Of a stretch of 63,074 nucleotides of DNA, positions 1-7,464 are shown piece after piece. The DNA comes from Candidatus Njordarchaeota archaeon (GTDB lineage Archaea > Asgardarchaeota > Njordarchaeia > Njordarchaeales > Panguiarchaeaceae), in contig JAUQYS020000333.1 in NCBI GenBank assembly GCA_030587585.2, positions 1-63,074 of the forward strand. Reading direction: 5' to 3'. Under the pieces are notes generated by a model. The model did no database searches and was not told the DNA's origin. It saw nothing but the letters and a program-made list of their open reading frames with translations. How positions within the stretch are numbered: the stretch's first letter is position 1; each line of letters opens with the position of its first letter. The position numbers and the translations under genes are program-made.

Positions 1-200
1 GCACGCATATATTCCGAAACATAAGGATATATGTACTAAGATCAACAACAAAAAAACTTCTTCTTATACTCAACAACAAGCTTATCCCTCACAACATCAA
101 AAACAACTACCTTCAGCTTCTCTTTTTGCGAGGGTACACCAACCACCATTATTGATTAAAAAAGCGAAAAAATAAGAAGAAAAACACAAAGAGGAGAAAA

Positions 201-644
201 CTATTTTCGCTTGACAACTTTATATTTATTCTTGAACTTTTTTATAATGTATGAATCAACTCGCTTTATTCTCAGGTACTCCTCTATTATCCTGAACCTC
301 TTTATTTCCCGCTCAATTAGAGCGGGCTTTACAAGAAAACTTAATGCCTTTGCTCTTGTACGAATATTTTTAGAAAATTTAAACAAAAATACATTGTATT
401 CGTCACGAATCCTCCTTGCTAAGGATGAGGATGGAGAAATGTTAGTATTAATTATAATTTCTCCTTGCTTTATTACTATTTCAATAGGCTTAAAGTTCCA
501 TGGCCAGTCAGGACTTTTCCTCGGCACTACGATCAAGTGCCGAAAGGTACCCACCTCATAATATCCCTTAGCAATGGGCCGTATACTACTGCCCGAGGCA
601 TCAAAAACAAGATATGGATTGAACATACTCAAATCTACTATCAT
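201..644 (-). CDS. hypothetical protein (147 aa)
   Basis: Intact ORF; ATG preceded by GAGGTGAGAGG SD and intergenic cassette at 651-674. Confidence 0.6.
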   Translation of the reverse strand: MIVDLSMFNPYLVFDASGSSIRPIAKGYYEVGTFRHLIVVPRKSPDWPWNFKPIEIVIKQGEIIINTNISPSSSLARRIRDEYNVFLFKFSKNIRTRAKALSFLVKPALIEREIKRFRIIEEYLRIKRVDSYIIKKFKNKYKVVKRK

Positions 645-650
645 TTCCTC

Positions 651-674
651 TCACCTCATGTTAGGCGAAAAAAA
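651..674 (-). promoter_or_regulatory. intergenic cassette copy (coding strand TTTTTTTCGCCTAACATGAGGTGA)
   Basis: T-run + CG + TAA box + GGTGA directly upstream of ATG at 644. Confidence 0.6.
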
Positions 675-698
675 TGTCGCCATATTGGAAGAAAAAAT

Positions 699-797
699 TT
701 AGAAGAGCGGGAACAGATGCGGATATTTATATATCAGAATAATTAAATCTGCTATCTTCTCCTCGACATCTTTATTTTCATCTTTCTCTTCATTCAT
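699..797 (-). CDS. small hypothetical protein (32 aa, MNEEKDENKD...)
   Basis: Short ORF not in track; ATG 5 nt after GGTGA of cassette copy 803-822. Confidence 0.3.
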   Translation of the reverse strand: MNEEKDENKDVEEKIADLIILIYKYPHLFPLF

Positions 798-822
798 TTT
801 TATCACCATACTAAGCGAAAAA

Positions 823-2109
823 TTATGTGGATCTGATTATGCTTTGGATGTAGTTTTGGATTTGTTGTGTGTATGTGTTGAGTAGGTATGTGTGTCTTTT
901 TGGTGGCGGTATGTTCATTATGTCTTTTCCTGATATGCGTGGTGGTGGTATTGTTGGGATTTTTTGAAAGATATTTATTACTGCCTGCCAATAATTATTA
1001 TTTATTCCTCGGCAGTAGTTGAATAGTGCTGTTAGGTATGCCATTTGTTTTGCAATGTCTGTATTGTGGTACCGATAATAGAACTTAGATATTAGTGTTG
1101 CTGCCGTTGTTATTGGATTGGGTTGTTGAATATCGGCGTATTGGATTATGCTTAGTATTGGTCTGCGGTATGCTATTGGGAATCTTAATATGTCCATTAG
1201 TTTGTTTATTGCTCGTGTTTTGTTTGGTGTATGCATGTACTCATAATAGAAGAGGAGTGCTAGTTTTATTTCGGGTGGTGCATGTATTGCGTCTGCTCTT
1301 TTCAGAGCTATGATTAGCGGCTGGCTATAATTATATATGTTGCGAAAGCCAAGAATCTTAGCGCAGTCTGTGCCGATAAGATAATAAACAAATGTACTAA
1401 AGTTCTTTTTTGCTGCCTTAACAAGCTCCACAAATATTCGTTCACGAGGAACGGTTCCCAATAGTGCTTTGTTTCGTTTTATTGCTGCAAGTGTATTGGG
1501 ATCAATGTTAAAACCATAAGCCGCAAACCTTATTGCACGTATTATTCTCGCTGGATCCTCCCGTATACGCTGGTCGGGATTTCCAACAAAACGAATTATT
1601 CTTCTCTGCAGATCTCGTTGCCCTCCAACAAAATCATAAATATTTCCATTGATATCCATAGCTAGAGCATTAATAGTAAAGTCTCTTCTCATAACATCAT
1701 TACGAAGACTTTTTTCGAAAGAAACCTGTGGCACCCCCGGCTTATCATATCGCTCTGAGCGATATGTCGCTATCTCAACCACGGTATCGCCCAAAACAAT
1801 AGGAACAACACCAAAAGCATTACCTACTGACAGAACGGGAATACCCATAGACTGAAAAAGTTGCCGAATCTGGCTTGGATGAGCATTTGTGCATATATCA
1901 TAATCATTCGGCTTTTTACCTAAAAGAAGATCTCTGACTGCTCCACCAACAATAAAAGCCTCAAACCCGTTCCTATTCAGAGTCTGCAAAACAAAAATAA
2001 TCTTCCTAGGCACACCAAACCTCCGCACTAGGACAGTTGGCTCAATCTGTGGAACAGGAGAAATACTTTCCTTTTTTGGCATAATTTTTCTTTTCGACAC
2101 AAAGGACAT
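823..2109 (-). CDS. cca: class II tRNA nucleotidyltransferase (CCA-adding enzyme / poly(A) polymerase family), 428 aa
   Basis: Motifs FIVGGAVRDLLLGKKPNDYDI, VEIATYRSERYD, RRDFTINALAMD, GGQRDL..IRFVGNPDQRIREDPARIIRAIRFAA, PRERIFVELVK; start trimmed to ATG 2107-2109 (MSFVSKRK) after GGTG SD. Confidence 0.85.
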   Translation of the reverse strand: MSFVSKRKIMPKKESISPVPQIEPTVLVRRFGVPRKIIFVLQTLNRNGFEAFIVGGAVRDLLLGKKPNDYDICTNAHPSQIRQLFQSMGIPVLSVGNAFGVVPIVLGDTVVEIATYRSERYDKPGVPQVSFEKSLRNDVMRRDFTINALAMDINGNIYDFVGGQRDLQRRIIRFVGNPDQRIREDPARIIRAIRFAAYGFNIDPNTLAAIKRNKALLGTVPRERIFVELVKAAKKNFSTFVYYLIGTDCAKILGFRNIYNYSQPLIIALKRADAIHAPPEIKLALLFYYEYMHTPNKTRAINKLMDILRFPIAYRRPILSIIQYADIQQPNPITTAATLISKFYYRYHNTDIAKQMAYLTALFNYCRGINNNYWQAVINIFQKIPTIPPPRISGKDIMNIPPPKRHTYLLNTYTQQIQNYIQSIIRST

Positions 2110-2171
2110 AAAAACGCACCACACAAGAAAAAGAATAAAAAAAATAATATAAATTTTTGTGTCTGAAAAAA

Positions 2172-2185
2172 TATGTAGGTACATA
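2172..2185. promoter_or_regulatory. 14-bp palindrome TATGTAGGTACATA (copy 1 of 8)
   Basis: Perfect TATGTA/TACATA arms around GG core, 63 nt upstream of cca start, just after stop of 2187-2507. Confidence 0.6.
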
Positions 2186-2186
2186 G

Positions 2187-2507
2187 TTATTGTTTGTGTT
2201 TCTCGGCGGCTCTTTTTGCTGTTTCTAGATTGATTTCGTGTCCGTGTCCGACTGTTCCTTCTTTTCGCCATATTATGTGTGTGTATTTTAGTTTTTTCTT
2301 TGATTGTTCTTCTATGTTTTCGAGTAATCGGGATAGCTCTGTGCGAGTATCTTGTAGTGTTTCTATTATTCTTTTTATGAGTTCTCCTATTATGTCTATG
2401 TTCAGATAATATTCCTTATCTCCTGTTAGTGCTGCATAGTCCGTGGCTTCAAGAAACTCTATTGTTTTTTTCTTGAGCTGTTTAGCATCCTCAAAGATTT
2501 CTGACAA
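2187..2507 (-). CDS. hypothetical protein (106 aa from TTG; may start at ATG 2533-2535 across an A9 tract)
   Basis: ORF; only a TTG start without SD in frame, but GGAGGG + ATG lies upstream and is one base out of frame at homopolymer 2520-2528. Confidence 0.55.
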   Translation of the reverse strand: MSEIFEDAKQLKKKTIEFLEATDYAALTGDKEYYLNIDIIGELIKRIIETLQDTRTELSRLLENIEEQSKKKLKYTHIIWRKEGTVGHGHEINLETAKRAAEKHKQ

Positions 2508-2536
2508 AATGATATAAAATTTTTTTTTCGGACATT

Positions 2537-2827
2537 CTACATCCCTCCAATTATTCGCAGCCAGATGTGATATTCATGAACGAAAAAATATAAAAACACA
2601 ACAAAAAATATTAGCATTATGATTTTTTGCGTAAATCTTAGTCGCCGCAGAAGACGAACATATTGTTTTGCTATTTCGGGAATAACAAAGAAGACAAAAA
2701 CAAATAGGAGAATAAGAACTACGCCCACCAATCCGAAAAATATGCAGATCAGAGACACTACGAACGATACTATTGCCGATATGATAATATTTATGACTGT
2801 AGTATCTTGATTTCTTTCTTCTCGCAA
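2537..2827 (-). CDS. membrane protein (96 aa, about 3 TM segments)
   Basis: Hydrophobic segments; TTG start 9 nt after GGAGG. Confidence 0.55.
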   Translation of the reverse strand: MREERNQDTTVINIIISAIVSFVVSLICIFFGLVGVVLILLFVFVFFVIPEIAKQYVRLLRRLRFTQKIIMLIFFVVFLYFFVHEYHIWLRIIGGM

Positions 2828-2828
2828 A

Positions 2829-3107
2829 CTACTCAGCCTCCATCTGTTTTATCGAGATAAAATGTTTTTGCCATCGATCCACTGCCATCGCTAGTTTTCC
2901 AGGATCAATTTCCTGGTCAAGTATCACTCCGACTAGTTCCCATTCTTCGGTTCTTTGGATCTGCTCTGAGTCAATAGTCAGCTCTACATCAAATTCTTGG
3001 ATCGGATTATGTATCCATTTTGATGCGTCACTTATATTTGCTCGCCCAGCAATATAAGAGCCGTCCGGTCTTCTCCAGATGGTGATAACTTTTTTTCTTT
3101 TATGCAT
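2829..3107 (-). CDS. hypothetical protein (92 aa)
   Basis: ORF trimmed 12 nt to ATG 5 nt after GGTGA; cassette 3113-3135. Confidence 0.6.
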   Translation of the reverse strand: MHKRKKVITIWRRPDGSYIAGRANISDASKWIHNPIQEFDVELTIDSEQIQRTEEWELVGVILDQEIDPGKLAMAVDRWQKHFISIKQMEAE

Positions 3108-3112
3108 AGACA

Positions 3113-3135
3113 TCACCATTAATTAACTAAAAAAA
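3113..3135 (-). promoter_or_regulatory. intergenic cassette copy (TTTTTTTAGTTAATTAATGGTGA)
   Basis: Variant of T-run/TAA box/GGTGA upstream of ATG 3107. Confidence 0.55.
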
Positions 3136-3341
3136 TGTTCTTGTAGAGGAACAAATCCTCCATAGCAATATGCGTAGAAAAACATAAGAAGCACCAACAT
3201 GACTAAATAGAAAAACTGTAAATCGTAGCGATACTCTCGATAAGCATCGGGATGTTCTTCGCTTAGATAGACTGTGAAAAAAAATAGAGCCAAAGCCGCA
3301 AGAATCAGACATAAAATAATCATATCACAGCTGATACTCAT
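3123..3341 (-). CDS. small membrane protein (72 aa, 2 TM)
   Basis: Hydrophobic ORF; GGGAGG SD inside end of upstream gene. Confidence 0.5.
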   Translation of the reverse strand: MSISCDMIILCLILAALALFFFTVYLSEEHPDAYREYRYDLQFFYLVMLVLLMFFYAYCYGGFVPLQEHFFS

Positions 3342-4017
3342 ACATGCTCAGCCTCCCGATAGGCTTAAGATATACGAAGTTTTGCGAAACTAAGGAAATC
3401 TCAACAAAAACAATGTTGGAGTTCTCAATAACAAAATACTTCTGGGTTCGAAGTTTTGTTGGAATTCTATTTGGATCAATCAGTAGTTTTTGCCACGCTG
3501 GCGAGTAGAAATATGTCGAGTCTTTCTTTTTTAGTGGCATAACCTCACATGTAGTTGCTGATCGAATAGTAAATAGTAAAGCATCAGCCCATGATGGTTT
3601 TAGATCTTTTTCTATCCGCTTGATTTTTTGCCTTATTTTTTCGGTTTCCTCAAAAAGAGCACCACTAGAAATCGCCCGCCGCATCGCTTCCTCTAATTTT
3701 TTTCTTTTTCTCATTGTTTCCTCCTGCAACGGCAAATATCTCTTGTCCCTATTCTGGATTACTTGCCGTATTCTGCGGATTGTTTCTGGGCTGACCAAAA
3801 TATCTGCTAATAATTTCAGAATAGAGTCTACTGATCCTCCTTTTGCTTCTATGTATGTGTCAATTATATGTCTAAATATTGTGTGAAACTCGTACCAATA
3901 TCGCAGAATAAGAAGCTTATCGCTATCTCTTGTTTCTGGAAAATCCCGAAGAATAATTGCGACTCTTTGTTTCTTGTTTTTCATATCGCCTATAAGTTCT
4001 TTTATTTCGTCGCTCAT
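3325..4017 (-). CDS. hypothetical protein (230 aa)
   Basis: ORF trimmed to MSDEIKE ATG 4015-4017 after GGTGA; cassette 4023-4044. Confidence 0.65.
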   Translation of the reverse strand: MSDEIKELIGDMKNKKQRVAIILRDFPETRDSDKLLILRYWYEFHTIFRHIIDTYIEAKGGSVDSILKLLADILVSPETIRRIRQVIQNRDKRYLPLQEETMRKRKKLEEAMRRAISSGALFEETEKIRQKIKRIEKDLKPSWADALLFTIRSATTCEVMPLKKKDSTYFYSPAWQKLLIDPNRIPTKLRTQKYFVIENSNIVFVEISLVSQNFVYLKPIGRLSMYEYQL

Positions 4018-4054
4018 CTTTTTCACCATTGTTGCCGAAAAAAAGAAAAAGAAA

Positions 4055-4342
4055 TTAGAAATCAATACCTTCTTTGAGTACTGCGACATCGACATATTGC
4101 TCAAAGAATTCGTCGATTTCATCTGTGTCTATGATCGTTATGCGTCTCCATGCTCCCTCTCTTGTTTTCTTATATATTGCGGCTTTTCTTGGATGCTGCG
4201 GGTCGATCAAAACAATGAAAAGATCTATTGCTCGGATAATATTGATTTCCTCATCGAGAACAATTTTGCTTGCTGGTATCTGGTCGCCAGCAATAGTTTC
4301 AGGAAACCAACTTTCTCTACTCCTCCTAACTCTTTGTGCCAT
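4055..4342 (-). CDS. hypothetical protein (95 aa)
   Basis: ORF trimmed to MAQRVRR ATG after GGAGG. Confidence 0.55.
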   Translation of the reverse strand: MAQRVRRSRESWFPETIAGDQIPASKIVLDEEINIIRAIDLFIVLIDPQHPRKAAIYKKTREGAWRRITIIDTDEIDEFFEQYVDVAVLKEGIDF

Positions 4343-4387
4343 ATTTTTCGCCTCCATATACACATATAAAAACTAAAACTTAAAAAT

Positions 4388-5170
4388 TTAGGCTTCACCC
4401 CTAAAATATTTTATGCTGTGCTTAACAATTTTATCTATCATCTCTTTTTTGAGGGCCATATATTCTTCGAATGGTCCTTTTTTAAGTTTTTGAAAATCAA
4501 GAACCACCCAGCCAAGAGGATAGCCCGCCGAGGAGTATAGTATCCCTATGCTTTCATACTTGCCGTTTCTTTTTTCGATGTTTACGAGCTCAAAAAGTGT
4601 CGAGCCAGCAAGATAGAGGGGCTTAGTTGTGCCCGAATATGTCACTATAACATTTGCTCGTTTGTGTCTTAGGCACCTAATCATTTCTTCGAGGACTTCT
4701 GTGGCCATGCGGAAACGTACAGAAGCGGCGTAGAGCTTAAAAATGACTGTATCGCCCTCGTTTACTGATTCTAAAATATATTTCGCCGATTTTTCGTCGG
4801 TAATCCCTGCGTATGGCCATAGAACTATTTTTATGTCGCCAGTATCTACCTTTTGTGCAAGCAATATCGAAAAAGCCATATTGTACGGCACATCGCCAAC
4901 CTCCTCGATATGTATGTACTTATATTTTGGTTCCACAATCTCCAAAAAGAAGGGAGCATCATTCAGGATATTCTCCTGGAAAACAAATGACACTTCAACA
5001 CCATTCAATAGATTCTCAGCATAGTTGTTATATTCTATCGCCGCCAAAATATCAAGGATCGTATATATGTCGGATATTCTTTCGGCTAAAAACTTTCTGA
5101 CTCTTTCTGCCTCTGCGTGATTCTCTTTATGAGGACTACCAACAAAAGAGACTTCAATACCCCTATTCAT
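4388..5170 (-). CDS. hypothetical protein (260 aa)
   Basis: ORF; GGTGG SD; preceded by boundary repeat 5190-5226. Confidence 0.65.
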   Translation of the reverse strand: MNRGIEVSFVGSPHKENHAEAERVRKFLAERISDIYTILDILAAIEYNNYAENLLNGVEVSFVFQENILNDAPFFLEIVEPKYKYIHIEEVGDVPYNMAFSILLAQKVDTGDIKIVLWPYAGITDEKSAKYILESVNEGDTVIFKLYAASVRFRMATEVLEEMIRCLRHKRANVIVTYSGTTKPLYLAGSTLFELVNIEKRNGKYESIGILYSSAGYPLGWVVLDFQKLKKGPFEEYMALKKEMIDKIVKHSIKYFRGEA

Positions 5171-5189
5171 TTTGATGCCACCACAATAA

Positions 5190-5226
5190 AAAAAGAAAAA
5201 AACATAATTTATTAATAGCGTAATAC
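5190..5226 (-). repeat. inter-operon boundary repeat, copy 1 (coding strand GTATTACGCTATTAATA + T-rich tail)
   Basis: 16-bp perfect match (5211-5226 = 15381-15396) plus similar A-rich flank, both immediately 3' of a stop codon. Confidence 0.6.
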
Positions 5227-5232
5227 GGCGTT

Positions 5233-6918
5233 CTATTCTTTTTTCTGTGTCCGTGGTTTTATTTTGTATGTGCCATCGTCATAAAAAGTAATTGTTAGGG
5301 GTGGTACTGGGTAGAGATCTATTTTTGCTTTTTTGAAATCTGCGAACCACATGGGATTAGCAAAGACAAAATAAATGTAGTCTCTGCGGTAATATCGGGC
5401 CCACGTATATTCTGGATACACATCATTTGGGATGCTGAATGTTACTCTTTTTTGGATCTTCATACTTGTTTTTAGGCTATAAATATCGAATGTTCGTGGA
5501 TGAATAAAGTCCGGTTCTTTGTTTCCCATCCTTCTTTGTGGCGGTTTGTACCCCATGTATCTATAGAAGAACCGCTCAAACATATCCCCAACAAACCCGC
5601 TCGCCATAACATTTGTAACAGCATAACTAAGTTTGCTCACATCAATCTTGAGAATATCTTTGAGATGCGTATATGGTGGAGCACGTGCATCGTCTGGAAG
5701 AGTTATCAGATATGCAACAATTTTTTTGAATATTGCCCATGAGCGGGGCATAATGCTCTTATATCTTTTCGGCGGTTCGTCTTTGTTTTTTATCAATTCT
5801 GCGAGATAGAGACGAAAATTCCTCCTCGGAGAAATCTTTCTTTTCTTTTCTGCCGCTTTTTTTGCTTCTTCCTTCTTTTTTTTGAGTGCCTCTTCAAGAT
5901 CTTTTTTTGCTTCTGACCCTATCTTTTTTGCTTCTTCCTTAAATGGAGATGGTGGCCTTATTTCGTCTATCGGCCTAGCCCCCGACAATATTTTCTGTAT
6001 TTCCTCCATAGCGTATGTCGCAAAGAACCGCCTATAATAATCTGATCCCTGTATTCCCGCAAGAAACATAAGGTACTCGACCTGACTTCTTTTCTTTATT
6101 TCTGGTGCTCCTCTCTGCTTCCAAACAAGCAGCACTTTTTTTAGATCCTCCTCCAACTGTTCTTGGGAATATGTAACACTGCTAAGACCACCCGAGCTCT
6201 GGATTTTTTCTATGTTTCTGAATTTTTCTTGGAGATACCAATTGTAGAATTCTTTGTCGTCCAATACCTCACTAACATCTATTATTGCCCAGCCAAGACA
6301 GCGGCGAAGTCTCGAATAAACAACGCATAGAGTCTGTTTTTTTTCTCTGAACTGACCAACAACCTCCAACCATAATGTTGGGCTGACGAGTTGTTCTATT
6401 GGTACAGGATAGCAGAAAATCCATGAGTTCTGTTGGGCACGCATAATTGCCTGAAGATTTTCAAGCTGATTCGCCACCGTCCTCGCATCGTACCCAGCTA
6501 ATGCGGGGGCTTCGTCTTGGATTATTATGTCCCCGGGTTTCAGTTTTTTGTATTTGTCTACTGTCTCGGAAAAACTGAAAGTGAGGTACAGATCCACATC
6601 TCTGCCATGTTTTTTCCATTCTCGCTGGATCATTCTCGCTATTTTTAGTGCTAGGGTTGATTTTCCGCCGCCCTGAATCCCAACGATCTGCATAATTAGA
6701 TGCCCCTCATTGTTGATGCCCCATGTTATTTCTTCCTTGACTATGTGGCTTACAATGCGTCCCTTTCTCAGCGGTTCTCTGCCCGGTTCATTTATGAGAA
6801 TTTTGAATAATTCCCGTTCGGTTGGACGCATATGAAGATCTGAAAAAATAGAGGAAGAAGAACCGACAACATATTTTTCTAATAATCGGTTGATGTTTCT
6901 CTTGTTTTTTATGGCCAA
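5233..6918 (-). CDS. P-loop NTPase (561 aa), possible packaging/translocating ATPase
   Basis: Walker A VGIQGGGKSTL, Walker B GDIIIQDEAP; long K/E-rich linker and unassigned C-terminal domain. Confidence 0.7.
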   Translation of the reverse strand: MAIKNKRNINRLLEKYVVGSSSSIFSDLHMRPTERELFKILINEPGREPLRKGRIVSHIVKEEITWGINNEGHLIMQIVGIQGGGKSTLALKIARMIQREWKKHGRDVDLYLTFSFSETVDKYKKLKPGDIIIQDEAPALAGYDARTVANQLENLQAIMRAQQNSWIFCYPVPIEQLVSPTLWLEVVGQFREKKQTLCVVYSRLRRCLGWAIIDVSEVLDDKEFYNWYLQEKFRNIEKIQSSGGLSSVTYSQEQLEEDLKKVLLVWKQRGAPEIKKRSQVEYLMFLAGIQGSDYYRRFFATYAMEEIQKILSGARPIDEIRPPSPFKEEAKKIGSEAKKDLEEALKKKKEEAKKAAEKKRKISPRRNFRLYLAELIKNKDEPPKRYKSIMPRSWAIFKKIVAYLITLPDDARAPPYTHLKDILKIDVSKLSYAVTNVMASGFVGDMFERFFYRYMGYKPPQRRMGNKEPDFIHPRTFDIYSLKTSMKIQKRVTFSIPNDVYPEYTWARYYRRDYIYFVFANPMWFADFKKAKIDLYPVPPLTITFYDDGTYKIKPRTQKKE

Positions 6919-6928
6919 ATGTCCTCAC

Positions 6929-7138
6929 TTATATAAGTCCTTCTTCCTGGAGAACACGATATATCACATCATCATTGAATCCCCTGTGCTTCAGCATCTG
7001 ATATATTTCTGATGCGTCTTTGCCAGAGCTTTTTTGTTCCTGGACAATTTTTTTAACTAAAAAGTATGCGTTTTGTTGTTGTTTTTGTCTTCGTATCTCT
7101 CTTGCAAACATTTTTATTCTCTGAGGAACAAGACTCAT
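6929..7138 (-). CDS. hypothetical protein (69 aa)
   Basis: ORF; ATGA overlap with upstream gene. Confidence 0.55.
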   Translation of the reverse strand: MSLVPQRIKMFAREIRRQKQQQNAYFLVKKIVQEQKSSGKDASEIYQMLKHRGFNDDVIYRVLQEEGLI

Positions 7139-7464
7139 TCCGTGATCACCTCTATATCGTTTTCACCGCCTTTGCCTTTCATCATATTTTCGAGAATAAC
7201 AACATCTCTCTGGAATAGATCTAGCATGTCCTCAAGAGAGGCGATAAGTATGTCGAGTACCTTCACTAGTTTTTTTGATCTAGCTAGTTGCCGTTTTACT
7301 TGTAGCTGAAGATATGCCTCAACAAGCGGACGAGGTGGCGGAACATTTTTGAGAAGACCAAAGAGCTGTGGATTTCGGTTTTCTCTTAGCTTAATAAACG
7401 CTTGAAGCGTCTTCATAAAGTTTTCTTTAAATTTGGCTTCTGGAGAAAGCTCGGCAATACTCAT
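7135..7464 (-). CDS. hypothetical protein (109 aa), coupled to RNAP gene
   Basis: ORF; ATGA overlap with stop of 7461-10541. Confidence 0.6.
   Translation of the reverse strand: MSIAELSPEAKFKENFMKTLQAFIKLRENRNPQLFGLLKNVPPPRPLVEAYLQLQVKRQLARSKKLVKVLDILIASLEDMLDLFQRDVVILENMMKGKGGENDIEVITE

Noticed and set aside
803-991. 62-aa H/T/K-rich minus-strand ORF
   Set aside because: Alternative frame inside the 3' end of the CCA-enzyme gene; low complexity.
830-1320. Terminal inverted repeat between the G/T-rich left region and the A/C-rich right region (61600-62450)
   Set aside because: The similarity is compositional only; I found no extended reverse-complement match. G/T-rich plus-strand patches also occur at the 3' ends of other genes (2200-2400, 33650-33900, 49160-49440).
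2110-2271. N-terminal extension of the CCA-enzyme ORF (MAKRRNSRTRT...MYLHIFSDTKIYIIFFILFLVWCVF), including a TM-like segment
   Set aside because: It overlaps 2187-2507 and is the translation of T-rich promoter DNA plus the palindrome. A GGTG SD and the shared MSFVSKRK leader mark the real start at 2109.
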